Positions 39,408-53,024 of a stretch of DNA of 64,000 bases are shown one piece after another. Below the pieces are notes generated by a model that saw only the letters and a list, made by a program, of their open reading frames with translations, was not told where the DNA came from and made no database searches. This stretch comes from Octopus sinensis (lineage: Eukaryota). Both the position numbers and the translations under genes were made by a program. The stretch lies in the NCBI RefSeq assembly GCF_006345805.1, contig NC_042997.1:138756001-138820000 (forward strand), read 5' to 3'. How positions within the stretch are numbered: the stretch's first letter is position 1; every line of letters begins with the position of its first letter.

Positions 39408-39456
39408 GCTTCCTGATGATTTCTTTTGTATGAAACAGTTCTAGTCCTGTAGAAGC
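39408..39456 (+). ncRNA. Type I hammerhead ribozyme (family A, stem II mutated)
   Basis: gcttc CTGATGA tttcttttgtat GAAAC agttctagtcct GTA gaagc. Confidence 0.7.
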
Positions 39457-39506
39457 ACCTTCTATAAAATAAATATATATATATCTATATATATATATAT
39501 TATATA

Positions 39507-39541
<35 letters not shown>

Positions 39542-39554
39542 GATATATATATAT

Positions 39555-40120
39555 ATGCCGATTAAAGCACTTACACCGTTTAGGCTACCAGATGTCATCT
39601 ATGGTTATGACATAAATGTCACTGGATCTACGTCAGGAATTTCGCGGTGTTCGTTGAGTTTATAGTGAATGAGGGAAACGGAAAATGGAGCGGGCGTGGG
39701 ATACGTCGATATATATATGTCAACACGTGTGAACCTAGCTTTCTTCATTTTATCTTTTAATTCGGAGCCTTTGTTATGTTTTATCCTTCCATTACTTGAA
39801 TTTATGTTTATGTTATGTATTCACTGTGTATTCTAGCCAGATCCATCTACCGGTTATGACCCGGAAATGTTTTCCATCCATTGTCAGCATAACCAATATC
39901 CCTCAGGCAACCACAACATGCAAAACGAAACTCAGTATATGTAACGGAGTATCTTATTTATAGCTTGACACCTGACACGATGGAACCTGGAAATATGGAT
40001 GGAACACAAGTAGCTGTGCAATATCCCACCGATAAAGGACAAATGCAGGATGTGTCGAAACGATCGTTGTTTTGAATAATGGTTCTTGCTAACTCCATTT
40101 TCCGTTTCCCTATTCATTAT
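39555..40120. mobile_element. Family E-related element with a decayed hammerhead
   Basis: 39555-39690 resembles the reverse complement of 21950-22085. 39968-40072 reads acac CTGACAC gat...gtc GAAAC gatc GTT gttt (core mutated). Confidence 0.7.
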
Positions 40121-40136
40121 ATATATATATAACACG

Positions 40137-40322
40137 AAGTTAAATATATGCCCGGTCATAGAGTGACCAATAGTTTCGCAATCATAAAACACTTAAGCTT
40201 TATGGAGTTTGAAGTGAATTCATATGCGCGCGGCCATTGGAGTCTAACGTGTCGTTTATAAAGCTAAGCGCTTTATGAATGCGACCATTGGTCAATCTAT
40301 GACCGGACATATATTTAACCTC
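40137..40322. mobile_element. Foldback MITE-like element
   Basis: gttaaatatatgcccggtcatagagtgaccaat pairs with attggtcaatctatgaccggacatatatttaac. Confidence 0.7.
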
Positions 40323-40614
40323 ATGTAAATACATTATTGCTCTAACTTTTAGAGTGTTCTTCTTTTTCGGATAAATGAACCACTGACGAACTATATATAT
40401 ATAGTGTAAACAGAGTTACCGATTATAATGACTAAACGATAAAATATCTATCCGTATGTACTGGTATCCGTTGCCCGTGTTATCACCGGGCATTGGTGCG
40501 CAGGCACATTATGCACATAGAGTGCAGATAACAAAAGGATAAACAAGAGTTTATCAGGAAACAAATAGAAATAATGAGACGGAGAAAACCTTAGATTAAC
40601 AACTACATCGATTA

Positions 40615-42122
40615 GACCACATTTTTAGCTTATTTTTAGTACAAAGCATGACATTAAAAAATAGGTGATGTAACAAATCTTACGGCCGTTTCTGCATCCG
40701 TTGCCAAGCGTTGTCTATAAATAATTGCGAAATTAGAAATCTTCATCTTCATAGGACATTCGAATTAAGGCACGGAGCTTTATCGGAGTAAAAAAACAAG
40801 ATCATCCAAAGGGAAGAAGGAACAGGAAAGAAAACATGGCCTGGGAATGAAGTCTAGAAGCCTAATACATTAAAAGCATATAACCTACCATTCTTGGGGC
40901 TACAAGGTCCGTAGGTGAAAAAGCGAGCTAGTAATGGTCTAGGGAGTACTAAAATTTATTTATAGGTAGTTTCAATTTAAGGGTGGGGCCAAGATTTTTT
41001 AAAATTTATGGAAAGAAGTTATCGTAAAAATAATAATACAAGGAAACTTTCAAAATAATAATAAAGGAAACTTTCAAAGGGCATTGCCTATGCTAACGAA
41101 ATAAACTCAAGTTAAAATGTATCCAAAACATTACCGTAGGTACTTAAGAAAGTGTCTTGCAGAAGTATTACCAAGAATCTCAACTATGGTCCACAATGGG
41201 GCAAGTATAAGTCCAACGGTCTCTACAATTGGTCAGTTATAATTTGAACCGAGATCGCAGGTTAAAACAGTTACCATGGATATGTCAATAAAAACAAATA
41301 AGAAAAAATAAAGGGTTCTGGTGAGAAGACAATGATATATGTGGCCGCTTATGTCCTTCAGCAGCTTAACGTTATAACATACATGAGAGAACGGTCAGAG
41401 TGAGTAGCCTCGGGTTATAGTTAAGGGGAGGCAACTAGTACAGGTAATTCAGTGACTCTTTAAGACTGCTAGGAAATGAATCTCGACTTAACCTCATACA
41501 TAGCAAATTATGGTAATAATCAGATATATACAGGTACGCAAGAAAAAAGCCATCTTATAGGTACACTACAATGCACAATTAAAAAGCCACTTACAATTAG
41601 GCAGTTAATATTTAAGACGAAATCACATGTTAATTATTATCAATTAATAAAACTCACAAGTTGCCACAGTATACTAAATATGCTTAATAAGCATTACATA
41701 ATCGTTAAAGTTATATAGTTCCTATCATAATATAAACAATTAAAAAGAATATATTGGCACTATATGGATACAGTAAACACTGGGTTCACTGGCAAATTAG
41801 TTTTATAAGTAAAGTTTTCTTAATTCAAATAATTTACTAAACATACTTAAAAAGCAATTAAAAATACCCGAACATTAGAATGTTAATACTAATTAAATCT
41901 AATAATAATAAAAAATAATAAACTAAAGATATATTAACTCAAATTGGGTGCAGAAAATAGTATTACAATCAACAGGCTGTGCTTATATTACATTACCCTA
42001 AAATTTTATTTTCGTAATTATTTATAGACAGCGTTTGGCAACGAATGCGGAAACGGCCGTAAGAATTGTTGCGTCACCTATTTGTTACGTCATGATTTGT
42101 ATTAAAGAGTAAACTATAAGTG
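40615..42122. mobile_element. Old inverted-arm element with hammerhead 3' halves
   Basis: 40615-40740 pairs imperfectly with 42003-42122; both carry GAAAC ggcc GTA; the 5' core is decayed (ATGAAGA, minus strand ~40746-40752). Confidence 0.55.
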
Positions 42123-43317
42123 TGCTCTGAGATAAGCTATAAAGAAGCTATAAATGTGCATGGCTCTGTGATAAGTAGTTTGCTTCCCAGCCACATAGTT
42201 TCACATTTTGGCACAAGGCTAGTAATACTGGGAGAAGGGCTGAGTCGATTACATCCATCTAAGTGCTCGACTGGTACTTATTTTATGGACCCCGAAAGGA
42301 TGAAAGGCAAAGTCGACCTTGGTGGAATTTGAACTCAGAATGTGCGGACAGACAAAATTCTTAGCAGCATTTTGTCTGGCACGCTAACGATTTTGCCAGC
42401 TCGTTGTCTTAAAAGCCATTGATATTAAGAGTTTAAAAGGTGGCAAGCGAGTAAAATTGTTACCGCACCGGACAAAATGCTTAGCGCATTCCTTAGTCTT
42501 TGCGTTGTGTGTTCAAATACTGCCGAGATGACTTTGTCGTTCATCCTTTCTGGGTCGTTAAAATAAGTTCCAATTGTACACTGTAATCGATGTATTCGAT
42601 TAGCTCCCTCACCCCTAGATTTCAGGCCTTGTGACTATCGTACGAAGAAATAGAGTTTAAGTGAACTGGATAAACCAATTTGCTTACAGTGGGTAGCTTG
42701 ATTGAACATCAAATTACTGGTGTGATAACGTTTCGTTTCCTTGCAGTAATATACAATACAAAATATTCATAGGATTATTAACCAATATCGAGCGTTACAA
42801 AGATTAGAGAAATTATAAACACTGCATTTAAACAAAATATTTGAGGACAGAAAAATTCAACAAAGACGAAATGTTAACTAAAAATAGCAGAGCCGTTAAT
42901 TATATGTCTTTGCAGTCCGTTGTTCGTATTGTTTTAACATACTGAGTTCATATCCCGCGGAGGTCTGCTCTACTTTTCATTCCTAAAATCTTATTAAACC
43001 AAGTACTAATGATACATTCAAGTCAATTAAACAAGGCATAATCAATTTTGTTCTCTAATTAATACAAGATCTGGTGACTTGCAGCCTCTGTGATGTTGGT
43101 TAATGTTCTTAATTTCAAGAGGCTACAAAGAAATGTAGATTTTAAGTAGAAACTAAGGTTATTAACCTTCTTGGAAGAGGTTAAATCTCACAGTCTGTGT
43201 TATCCATCCATGGGCTAAAAGAAGAATGTTGTTGCTGTTTAACCCAGGGTCAAACTTGGTCAAAGACATCACAACGGTAATCCTCTCTCATTTTTTTCTA
43301 ACAATAGTATATACTGA

Positions 43318-43545
43318 GTGGAGGTACGTGGCTTAGTGTTTAGGGTGTTGAACTCATGGTCGTAAGATTGCGGTTTCGATTCCTGGATCGGGCGACGCGT
43401 TGCGTTCTTGAGCAAAACATTTCATTTAGCGTTGCTCCAGTTCACTCAGCTGGCAAATCCTGCCATGGACTGGCATCTTGTCCAGGTGGAGAAAAGATAT
43501 ACGCCATGGAAACCGGGAAACCGACCCTATGAGTCTGTATGACTT
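43318..43545 (+). mobile_element. tRNA-derived SINE family C
   Basis: gtggcttagtgtttaggg...ggtttcgattcctgg...ttcttgagcaaaac; related copies at 24680-24950, 44745-45040 (minus) and 59400-59700. Confidence 0.8.
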
Positions 43546-43609
43546 TTACTTTTTTTTTTAGTATATCCAGAACGATATCATCCAATATATACATCCATAT
43601 TTTAAGATA

Positions 43610-43815
43610 AAGGCGTTGAGCTAACATAATCGTTAGCACGCCGGGCAAAATGCTTAGCGGCATTTCGTCCGTCTTCATGTTCTGAGTTCAAATTCTGCCG
43701 AGGTCGACTTTGCATTTCATCCTTTCCGGATCGATAAAATAAATACCAGTTGAATACTTGAGTGGATGTGACCGACTTACCCCTCCTCTAAAACTGTTGT
43801 TCTAAAATTTGAAAT
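43610..43815 (+). mobile_element. SINE family A (sense)
   Basis: gagttcaaattctgccgaggtcgactttgcatttcatcctttcc. Confidence 0.88.
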
Positions 43816-45959
43816 TAATATGTGCATTCATGTTGAAGGAAAATGCTGAACGGCATTTTTTCGGCTCTTCACGTCTGGTAATACATAAAATATATTACCA
43901 GTCACCTCCCTTCAAAATTACTGGCCTTGAACCTTTCAACGGACCAGCGTCCTCTTCCAGGGAATATTGTGATCGCAGTCATTTATATGCATTGGAAACC
44001 GGGTATCTGACTCTTTGATTCCTTGGGCATCAAATTAAGATTGCCAGGTGGTTTGATTTTAGGGAAATTTGGTTGTTATTTCTCATCGGTTGAACAACTA
44101 CGTACCGACTCTCTGTTTATTGTATAGATCCCGACTGATATTCACCAAACTTTCTTTTAAATCTCTTTTTATAGATCTATATCTTCACTTTTCATTTGAA
44201 GTCAATGCATTTCTACAACGCATTGCACAGCTCGTCATCTCCAGTATCATTCATTTGATTCAGTTATTGGACTGCGGCCATACTGGAACACCGGCTTGAA
44301 GAGTTTAATGAAACAAATTGACCCCGGTAATTTTTGAAGTCTGGTACATATTCTATTAGGGTCTTTTGCTGAACTGCTAATTTACGTGGATGCATATAAA
44401 CCAATACCTGCTGACAAACGTTGTAGCGGGGGTGGGGAGCACAAGCACAAAGATACACGCACATACATATGGAATTGTACACAGTTTCCTCCGACCAACT
44501 TCATTCACACAGCATTCGCCGACCCAGGGCAATAGCAGAAGTCACTTGCCCAAGTTGCCTCTCGGTGAGAATGAACCTGAAACCATGTGGGTTCAAAGCG
44601 AGCTTCTTAACCGCACGTCAGTATTGTATTAAATATCAAGAATCTCTCTCCAGTTTTCTACAGCACTCGCATACGCGAGATTTACAGTTCTCTCTTCCCA
44701 AGTTGGCCCTGATTTAGCATCCCAATGATCGGGTAAAGTAAAAGGGTAAAGGTAAAGATTCCCTTCGGCCATGAATGACCATGAGATTGTACCTAGTAGA
44801 AGTCCGGGCAAGGTTGTTTATGGAAGATTAGCAGTGGCCCATGGAAGACCAGCAGTCGCCCAGCCTCCCCTCTCCACGCCACTGTTGTTATCCAAGTGAA
44901 AGCCAAAAGCCCAAACAGCTTGGCACCAGTGATGTTGCAACTCATTTCTACAGCTGAAACACAACACAACCTGGTCTTGGAATCGAACTCACTACATCAT
45001 GATTGTGAGCCCGATGCTCTAACTACCGAGCCATGCAACTTCGGAAACCAATGATCAAAAACGTTCAAACCATAGCCATCCATCGTTCTTTTTCAGACGC
45101 AATTTGTCTCAGACGACATAATCAAGTACATGTTTCACCATTTTTTTAATGGCACCAGAATCTGTTTTGAAGGGGGTTTAACATCTATTTCTAACCAGCA
45201 GTAGCACTTGATAAAAAATCAATCAAAATTCAAAATCAAAGAAGAATCTCCTCTCAGCAATGCATTTGATAATACTCCACAGTTTCCGTTGTGTTGCTGG
45301 ATGAAATTAAATGAGAATAAACGTTTCTACGAGTCACGTATGGCTCATAAAGTGGTAAATACACAAGAGACTAATCAATCCTCCATACACTTCTAGTAAC
45401 ATCACCAGAAGACCTAATACGTATTCCCGACTGATTTGTAACCAGAAGCACAGAGAATTGTGTGTCCCGCCTACAGACATAACAAACAACAACAACAACA
45501 CACCTGTTGTTGATTTTGAACTCGAAGCTCAGAAACGAGTAAACGGATAGCTTAACAAGTTGATCACTTCCTCTCTGGGTTTATACATGGATTCACAATT
45601 TGTCAACGTAATCAATTAAAAAAACAATTCTAAAGAGTATAAAACTAATTCAGAAGCAATTAGTCAAGGATTTTTTTCATATTTATATAATATTTTAAGA
45701 GCTAATAGAAATTAAACTTATAAGGTTTATTGCTATTAAAATGTGCTTATGTCATTAAATGTCTAATGTTTAAAACTATAGAATTTAATTACATGTATTC
45801 GCAGCTGCGAATATGTTAGAAAAGCCTCTTGGTTCACATAAAAAAAGGAAGGGAAGAAAAACCAAATAACTTCTCTGATAGGTCTGTGTGATTTAAGAAG
45901 TTCGCCTTTCTTCACAACTATGAGGTTCCGGATTCAGTCCCAGCGGGACTTATTCATTG

Positions 45960-46556
45960 CAGGACTTATTCATTGCAACCAGTCCTATGTGCACCTCTCC
46001 ACTTGATCCGATTTAGAGCATCATTTTCCCAATCACATATTTTCATATCTAGTTTCTTCAGGTTTCCCTTCACACAGTCTTTATACCTTTTCCTCGGATT
46101 ATGTTGTGGTCGCTTATCAGAGTTGAGGTCACCATAAAAAAGGCGCTTTGGCAAACGCTCGTCTTTCATTCTAATAACATGTCCAGTCCATCTCATTTGG
46201 GCCAAGATAATATTTTGTTTAATTGAGCTGCAACATGCAATGCGCAAAACCTCTGTATCTGGTATGAAATATTCCCACTTGACTCCTGAAATACATCTGA
46301 GGCACTTTTGATGAAATCTCTCCAGCATTTTTATGTGACGCTTGTAAGTGGTCCATGTCTCACTTGAATAAAGAGGTGTAGACAATACACACACTTTATA
46401 GACATTGATTTTTGTCTGCAGGGGAATACCTCTATCCGCCCATACTCGTTTTTCGAGCTTTCCAAATGCAACACTTCCCTTCCCTATTCGATTGTATACC
46501 TCTGCATCAAGACTACCATCTCTTGACAGTGTGCTTTCTAGGTAAACAAAGGTGTT
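45960..46556 (-). pseudogene. RTE-clade LINE ORF, C-terminal fragment
   Basis: FVYLGSTLSRDGSLDAEVYNRIGKGSVAFGKLE...VLSTPLYSSETWTTYKRHIKMLERFHQKCLRCISGVKW...QMRWTGHVIRMKDERLPKRLFYGDL...PRKRYKDCVK. Confidence 0.9.
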
Positions 46557-47185
46557 CCATTCACAAAAAGTTGTACAAGTCTCAGAAAGAAGACTTGCAA
46601 AAAGAACTCAGGAGTCTTAAAGACACTTGGTGGAGAAATTTGTCAAAGGAAGTACAGGCAGCCTATGACAGGAAAGATATTAATAGTTTCTATATTTTAT
46701 TGCAGCAAGCTTTTGAACCGCAATCTTCATCACTATATGTTCCCTTGAGGTCGATAGATGGAAATGAGGTTATTAAAGATCCTCCTAGAATAATGAATAG
46801 ATGGAGAGAACACTTTGCAGATCTTTCCTACAATCCGTCTCTAGTGAACTTGGATATCATAAACAACATTCTGCAAAGAGAGATAGTGCAACACATGGAT
46901 GATACACCTTCAATTGAAGAAGAAAATCTGACATTATGTAAACTGAGATCAGGTAAAGCTCCTGGATTGGATGGTATTACAGTTGAAATTCTGAAAGCAG
47001 GAGGGGATGATATTTCATCTGAAATTCATAACCTGGTAACTCGAGTTTGGAATGAATTTTCTGTGCAATAAAAATGGATAAATGGCATTCTGATCTCTGT
47101 ATACAAGGGTAAGCGCCCGAAAGCAGTGCGTGATAATTCTAGAGGGATAACTCTTTTGGCACATACCGGGAAGATACATTATGTC
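46557..47185 (+). pseudogene. RTE-clade LINE ORF, linker and start of reverse transcriptase
   Basis: LRSLKDTWWRNLSKEVQ...RWREHFADL...GKAPGLDGITVEILKAGG...*KWINGILISVYKGK...NSRGITLLAHTGKI. Confidence 0.9.
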
Positions 47186-47599
47186 AGGTCGCTCTTGAGC
47201 GCTACTGGTAACATGTAACCCAGTACAACGTGTCGGGTCGTCGGCGACTAAACTGGCAACCCCACCAAGCTTACTTGGCAAGGAGGGTGATTGTTGGACA
47301 CTCTGCAGACCTGTCAGAGGGCGGAAGGACTCATGTGTCAACGGCCATACAGCATTATGTGTACATGAGTGTGTGTGTGTGTTTATGTGTGCATGCGTGC
47401 GTGTATATTTGTATATATATATCAAAATAAGCAACAAGGATATCCAGAGGTAATGCAGTATGATCGTTTCATGCGACTCCATTTAAATGAACAATGTATA
47501 CATTATATCAATTTAAAATGTAGAGCAATCTTCATTTGCATAAAAATATAGAATTTAGTTAAATTCGAACGATTCATTTGTATAATTTTCTTTTTATCC

Positions 47600-48030
47600 C
47601 AAATCACCAAGACGATAAGTAGATAGACAAAGAACAAGTTTTATCAACAACATCACAGACAAAGAGCATTTTTTATCAACATCACAACTGATATATTTAC
47701 CAAATTTTAACAGATATATTTACCAAAATTACATTAAAATATCTTGAAATACTAAACAGTAAATTTATTCAATAAAATCGCCATTGGCTTCAACCACGGC
47801 CTCCAGACGACTTTGGAATCTCCTGCAACTCTTCTGCAACTCTTCCGATTCCTCTGCACTACCCTCATGTTGACACCCAAACAATCTAAAATGTTATTGG
47901 AGCTTCCGGCCCGAATACCAAATTGTAAAACATGTCTCTTCCAAATTTCTGGCAGAGTGAATTACGTCATGGTGCTATTTTTCTCGCAGATAGTGCCCAG
48001 CTGACCCTACTATACTGTATAGTCGACAAA
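47600..48030 (-). mobile_element. maT/Tc1-like DNA transposon deletion derivative
   Basis: Minus strand ~47840-47765 reads LQKSCRRFQSRLEAVVEANGDFIE*, a typical maT/Tc1 transposase C-terminus. Confidence 0.65.
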
Positions 48031-48099
48031 AGGAAAAACAAACAATGCGCATACCCGAAATTAAAAATATAAAATGGACACAATTTACCCATCGCACCC

Positions 48100-48210
<111 letters not shown>

Positions 48211-48235
48211 GTCTGTCAGTCTCTATATACATATG

Positions 48236-48267
<32 letters not shown>

Positions 48268-48311
48268 TGTATGTATGTATGTATGTATGTATATATATAT
48301 ATATATATATA

Positions 48312-48981
48312 TAATCAATATAGGGTGGCAAGGAAAATTTTGTAGAATTTTATTGCCACCAGCGGCCCAGTGGGAAAAAATTAAATAGTCATAGACCATT
48401 TTTAAGTTCAACAATAACAATTAAGGAACGGCCATAATAGGCCATTCACCCACTAGAAATAACAGCCAAAGCTGTTATTGTAATTGTTATTGTTGAACTT
48501 AAAAATGGTCTATGACTATTTAATTTTTTCCCACTGGGCCGCTGGTGGCAATAAAATTCTACAAAATTTTCCTTGCCACCCTATATTGATTAATTATGAA
48601 TTTTTTGGTTAATTCCGTAATGGAATCGACGGCTGATATTTATTTGCTGCCGATAAATTTGGCGCGAGTGCGACGATTTGAAAATTTTAGGTCAGATATT
48701 GACTTGGCAAGATTGGGTATGCCTCGTGTAAATATCTGTTCCGACTTGAGCTATTTCTTGCTGAAGAATCCGAGGGCTTATGGAAGATTGGCTTGATTTA
48801 ATTTAATCATGTTAGTTTACCATTAAACAGCGGATGAAACGGTATACCGTACAAGAAATTACAGGGTAAATGTTTTTTTAATTTTCTCCTGTTTACGGAA
48901 TTGATCTTTATTTGCGGTAGAAGCTTTGGCTGTTATTTCTAGTGGGTGAATGGCCTATTATGGCCGTTCCTTAATTGTTAT

Positions 48982-48982
<1 letters not shown>
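48312..48982 (+). mobile_element. Non-coding hammerhead retroelement family G (491-nt unit plus an inverted arm spanning the unit junction)
   Basis: taattgttatt at 48481 and 48972; 48312-48473 is the reverse complement of the unit end joined to the unit start; (TA)n flanks. Confidence 0.88.
48753..48859 (+). ncRNA. Type I hammerhead ribozyme (family G)
   Basis: atttcttg CTGAAGA atccg...cggat GAAAC ggtatacc GTA caagaaat; perfect 8-bp stem I, 5-bp stem II, palindromic stem III; predicted cut after 48851. Confidence 0.93.
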
Positions 48983-49016
<34 letters not shown>

Positions 49017-49027
49017 CTATCTATCTA

Positions 49028-49089
<62 letters not shown>

Positions 49090-49499
49090 ACACACACACA
49101 CGTATATATATATATTGTGTGTGAGTATTTCTTTGTGCTTGTCCTCTCCTCACTATACAACCGGTGTTGGTTTCACTTTACGTTCCCTGTTAGCTAGCGG
49201 TTCGGCCACAGGGTTAGATAAAATATGTACCAGACTTTCAAAATGTAAGTATTGACTTCGATTTGTTCGATGAGACCCTTCAATGCGGTGCCTCAGCCTG
49301 GCTGCTCTCCAAAGAATGATTCAAATAAAGTATGAGGTATAATAATTATTATAAAGCAAGATGTGAGTTAAGACTGCGACTCGGGTTCAATCCTCAGTTA
49401 CAGCAATTACAATCCAATAACAAGACACAAAAGACACACCACCCATTTCTCCTATCGCACACACACACACGCACAATATTATATATGTTTACAGTGTGG

Positions 49500-49875
49500 T
49501 GACCTGGCAGAAACGTTAGCACGCCGGGCGAAATGCTTAGCGGTATTTCGTCTGCGTTACGTTGTGAGTTCGAATTCCGCCGAGGTCGACTTTGCCTTTT
49601 ATCCTTTCGGGGTCGATAAATTAAGTACCAGTTGCACACTTAATCGACTTAATACCTATGTCTGTCCTTGTTTGTCCCCTCTGTGTTTAGCCCCTTGTGG
49701 GTAATAAAGAAATAGGTAGTTTGTCTGTCTTTATATTCTGGGTTTGAACGCCGCCGCGTTCGACTTTGCCTTTCATCGTTTGGAGGTCGATAAAACAAGC
49801 ACCAGTCGAGCATTGTGGTCGATGAATGGACTTATCCTCTCCTTTGTAACTGCTGGCGCAGTGCCAAAATTTAAA
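49500..49875 (+). mobile_element. Dimeric SINE family A
   Basis: Head-body-tail2, then a second headless body and tail1. Confidence 0.85.
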
Positions 49876-49982
49876 ATTTATATTATATATGTACAAATTC
49901 CTGTGTATGTGTGTATATTCATTACGTCTACATACACACGCACACACACTCACGCACACACACATATGTATATATTAACACA

Positions 49983-50028
<46 letters not shown>

Positions 50029-50034
50029 CATACA

Positions 50035-50068
<34 letters not shown>

Positions 50069-50086
50069 CATACACAAACACACATG

Positions 50087-50146
<60 letters not shown>

Positions 50147-50742
50147 TATTTGTGCAACATCGAAAGAAAACTTTTATTTTTTGTTATTTTCAATAAAAAA
50201 ATAATTCACTTAATCTTTATAATGTAATTGTATTTTTGTAGATGGATTTCAAAAAAAAAATCTATTTGCAAATATGAAAAATCGTTTGTCATTTACAACA
50301 GCACCATAAATTGTCAAAAAGCAGAAAGAAATTTATCACTGTCACGATTCGATGTTTGTATGTATGTATTACAACTCTCTTTTACTGTCAGAGAAACTGT
50401 CACATACTTTTTTTGTAACGATGTAGTTTGAAGAATTATTGGGAAAATGAACATAGCCAGAAATTTATAAGAAATAACGAAAACTTACGATGTTGAAAGA
50501 AATGAGTAAAAAAGATCACGAGGTGTTATGTTTTTATATGCCTCGAAGAAGGAGAGGGATTTGGATGTTTCGGAATACGGTTGGCAGATCAATTTGTAGA
50601 AAGTAGCACAAAATTTTCAAAAATCTCGAAGTTAGTCAATACATCCCTTGAAAAAAAAAATTAATAGATATGTACTCCATTAAAGGGTATTAAGTTAATT
50701 TTCAATTTACTGTAAATTGTTATCATATATAACTTCACATAA

Positions 50743-50807
<65 letters not shown>

Positions 50808-51545
50808 CATGCGCATACACATTAAATACAGGACACACCACGTAAACCACGGAAAACACATAAACATACGTCTAACTCTTCCTCAGTTGTCGACTGCTTA
50901 TTACTCCCTATTTCGAGCATTCAACAACAAGATAGGAAAACTTCATAACACAGCAGCATCCAGAAATTTTTAAAATATAAAATTTGTGGACAGTTAGGGC
51001 TTCGAACGAACAAACAGCAACAGAGTGGACGTACAGAGTAAACACTCAACAAAGACAAGCATTAAGGACCGTTATACCAAGTCGTATTATAATGGGTAAC
51101 GCCTGGGAGAAATTTTGAAAGGATATAGAATAAAGAGAAGAGAAAAAAATGTCGAGAAGCGAGGGAAATAACGTCCAGCTGGATGGGCGTCTCGTCCAGA
51201 AAAGACAGAGATGAGAGAAATGAGCAAGCAGGCAGAGGGGAAAGGGGATAAGAGAGAGGATGAAGGAAAGAAATAAAGGGAGTGAGGAGATGGAAGATAG
51301 TAGGGAGTGGAAGAAAGAGAGGGGACAGCAAAGAACGAGGGGAGAAACGGAAAATAAAGAGGATTATTGAGGGATAGTAATTCTATATTATTACTATATC
51401 TATCCTACGTTATATCTGCACAGCTCGGTGCGGCCCCAAAATCTGGTATTGCCAGTTGGTATCTTTAAGCTGTAACCGGCATAATAAAATAGGAGCTTTT
51501 ATATGAGTATTCAAAGCGTTTCCTGTTAACGAACTTAAAAGGTAA

Positions 51546-51599
<54 letters not shown>

Positions 51600-51729
51600 A
51601 CACACACACATATATTATATATACATTATATATATATATATTTCCTCAGCTTGGCCGCAGTCTAATGACAGAAACAAATACAATATAAAAGATATATATA
51701 TATTTACATACTTAGATAGATAGATAGAC

Positions 51730-51770
<41 letters not shown>

Positions 51771-52229
51771 TACGCGTACCTACACATATATTGGTTTCAA
51801 ATTTCGACACAAGGCCACCAATTTCGGATGAAGGGCCATCACTAGTTTCATGGGATTCTTCTGATTCACTTAGAATTTTCAATCAGTTACTCTAGTAAGG
51901 CTATGTATTGGAGACGTTTTCTTTGCATCTACGTTTGCTCGGTTTCAGGCTCACTTCACATCAAATGGGACCAAATGTTTTTAACTACTCATTTTGTTAT
52001 TCAAACTTGATGCATTTCAGAACAAACTACTTCTTAACTATATATATGTAATATACCCTTTTACGGCACAGATTTTGAGCTTATTGATTTATTGATTTAT
52101 TGTAAAAGCTTATAGTAAAAGCTTTTCTTTGTTTTTAAAATAAATTGTTTTAAGCAGTCCAATTAAACATAAGGGGACAAGTTAAATTCTGGTGACTCTA
52201 AAGGTCAAAATAGAACTCGGAGCGGAAGG

Positions 52230-52950
52230 AACAGATGGCAACATCAACCAATAAATAATTTGGTCAGGGGACGCTCAAAGAACATACAACTCAACATTGG
52301 TTCAAATATTTTGTCGTAGCGACGAGTGTATTGAAAATGAAGAAGGTTGCTAAAAACCTGCGATTACCATCGACAAGTTGGGGGACAACCACGAAGCAAA
52401 CCTACATAAAACACACTGAGAGATTGTAGAAAGAAATAAACGTTAATCATTTGTTCATTTGCATCGCAGTGGAATATGAAAATAGCTCGACAAATGGGTG
52501 CCATATGTGCTGTATGAAAAATATTTAAAAAATCGGTTTTATGGCGGCGCTTCTTTTGTGCAACAGAAACGATCCAGTTCTTGACCGTATTGTGACACGT
52601 GTCAAAAAATAGATGCTACACGACAACCGATGGTGTCTCGTGCAGTGATTAGACCAAAGTGAAGCACTAAAACACTTTCCCAAATCTAAGCCGCACCCAA
52701 AAACGATTATAGGCACTGTTTGGTGGTCGGCAAGTCGAATCATTTACCACCATTTTTTTAATCCTGTAGAAACCGTAGCAGTAGATACCTATTGGAGGGA
52801 AATCGAAAAAATGCACCAAGAGCTTTAACCTTTACGTGGAAGCATTGCTCAATCGTAAAGAACGAATTCTTCCCCACGACTACACATGTCCCTCAAGTTT
52901 TGTTACAGAAATTGAAAGAACTTGGCTACAGAACTATACCTTCTCACATC
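52230..52950 (+). pseudogene. mariner (Mos1/Hsmar-like) transposase fossil
   Basis: FGQGTLKEHTTQHWFK...LDKWVPYVL...NDPVLDRIVTRVKK*MLHDNR...HFPKSKPHPKTIIGTVWWS, matching the WVPHEL and DRIVTCDEKW motifs. Confidence 0.85.
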
Positions 52951-53024
52951 TAACTCTGCAGTATAGATTCATTCTAAATTATTATTATTTCTATTAATAA
53001 CATTTATTCTGATCAAAGAATAAA

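Larger units (their letters stand above)
36557..39472 (-). mobile_element. Penelope-like/hammerhead element family A, copy 2 (inverted arms around a microsatellite-like body)
   Basis: 36630-36905 is a near-perfect reverse complement of 39200-39470; the left arm carries an extra ~70-nt tail (36557-36630). Confidence 0.85.

Noticed and set aside
40383-40421. CTGACGA-actatatatatatagt-GTAAAC hammerhead-like string
   Set aside because: Extra base in GAAA and no adjacent stem I; stem II is a TA palindrome that could arise by chance
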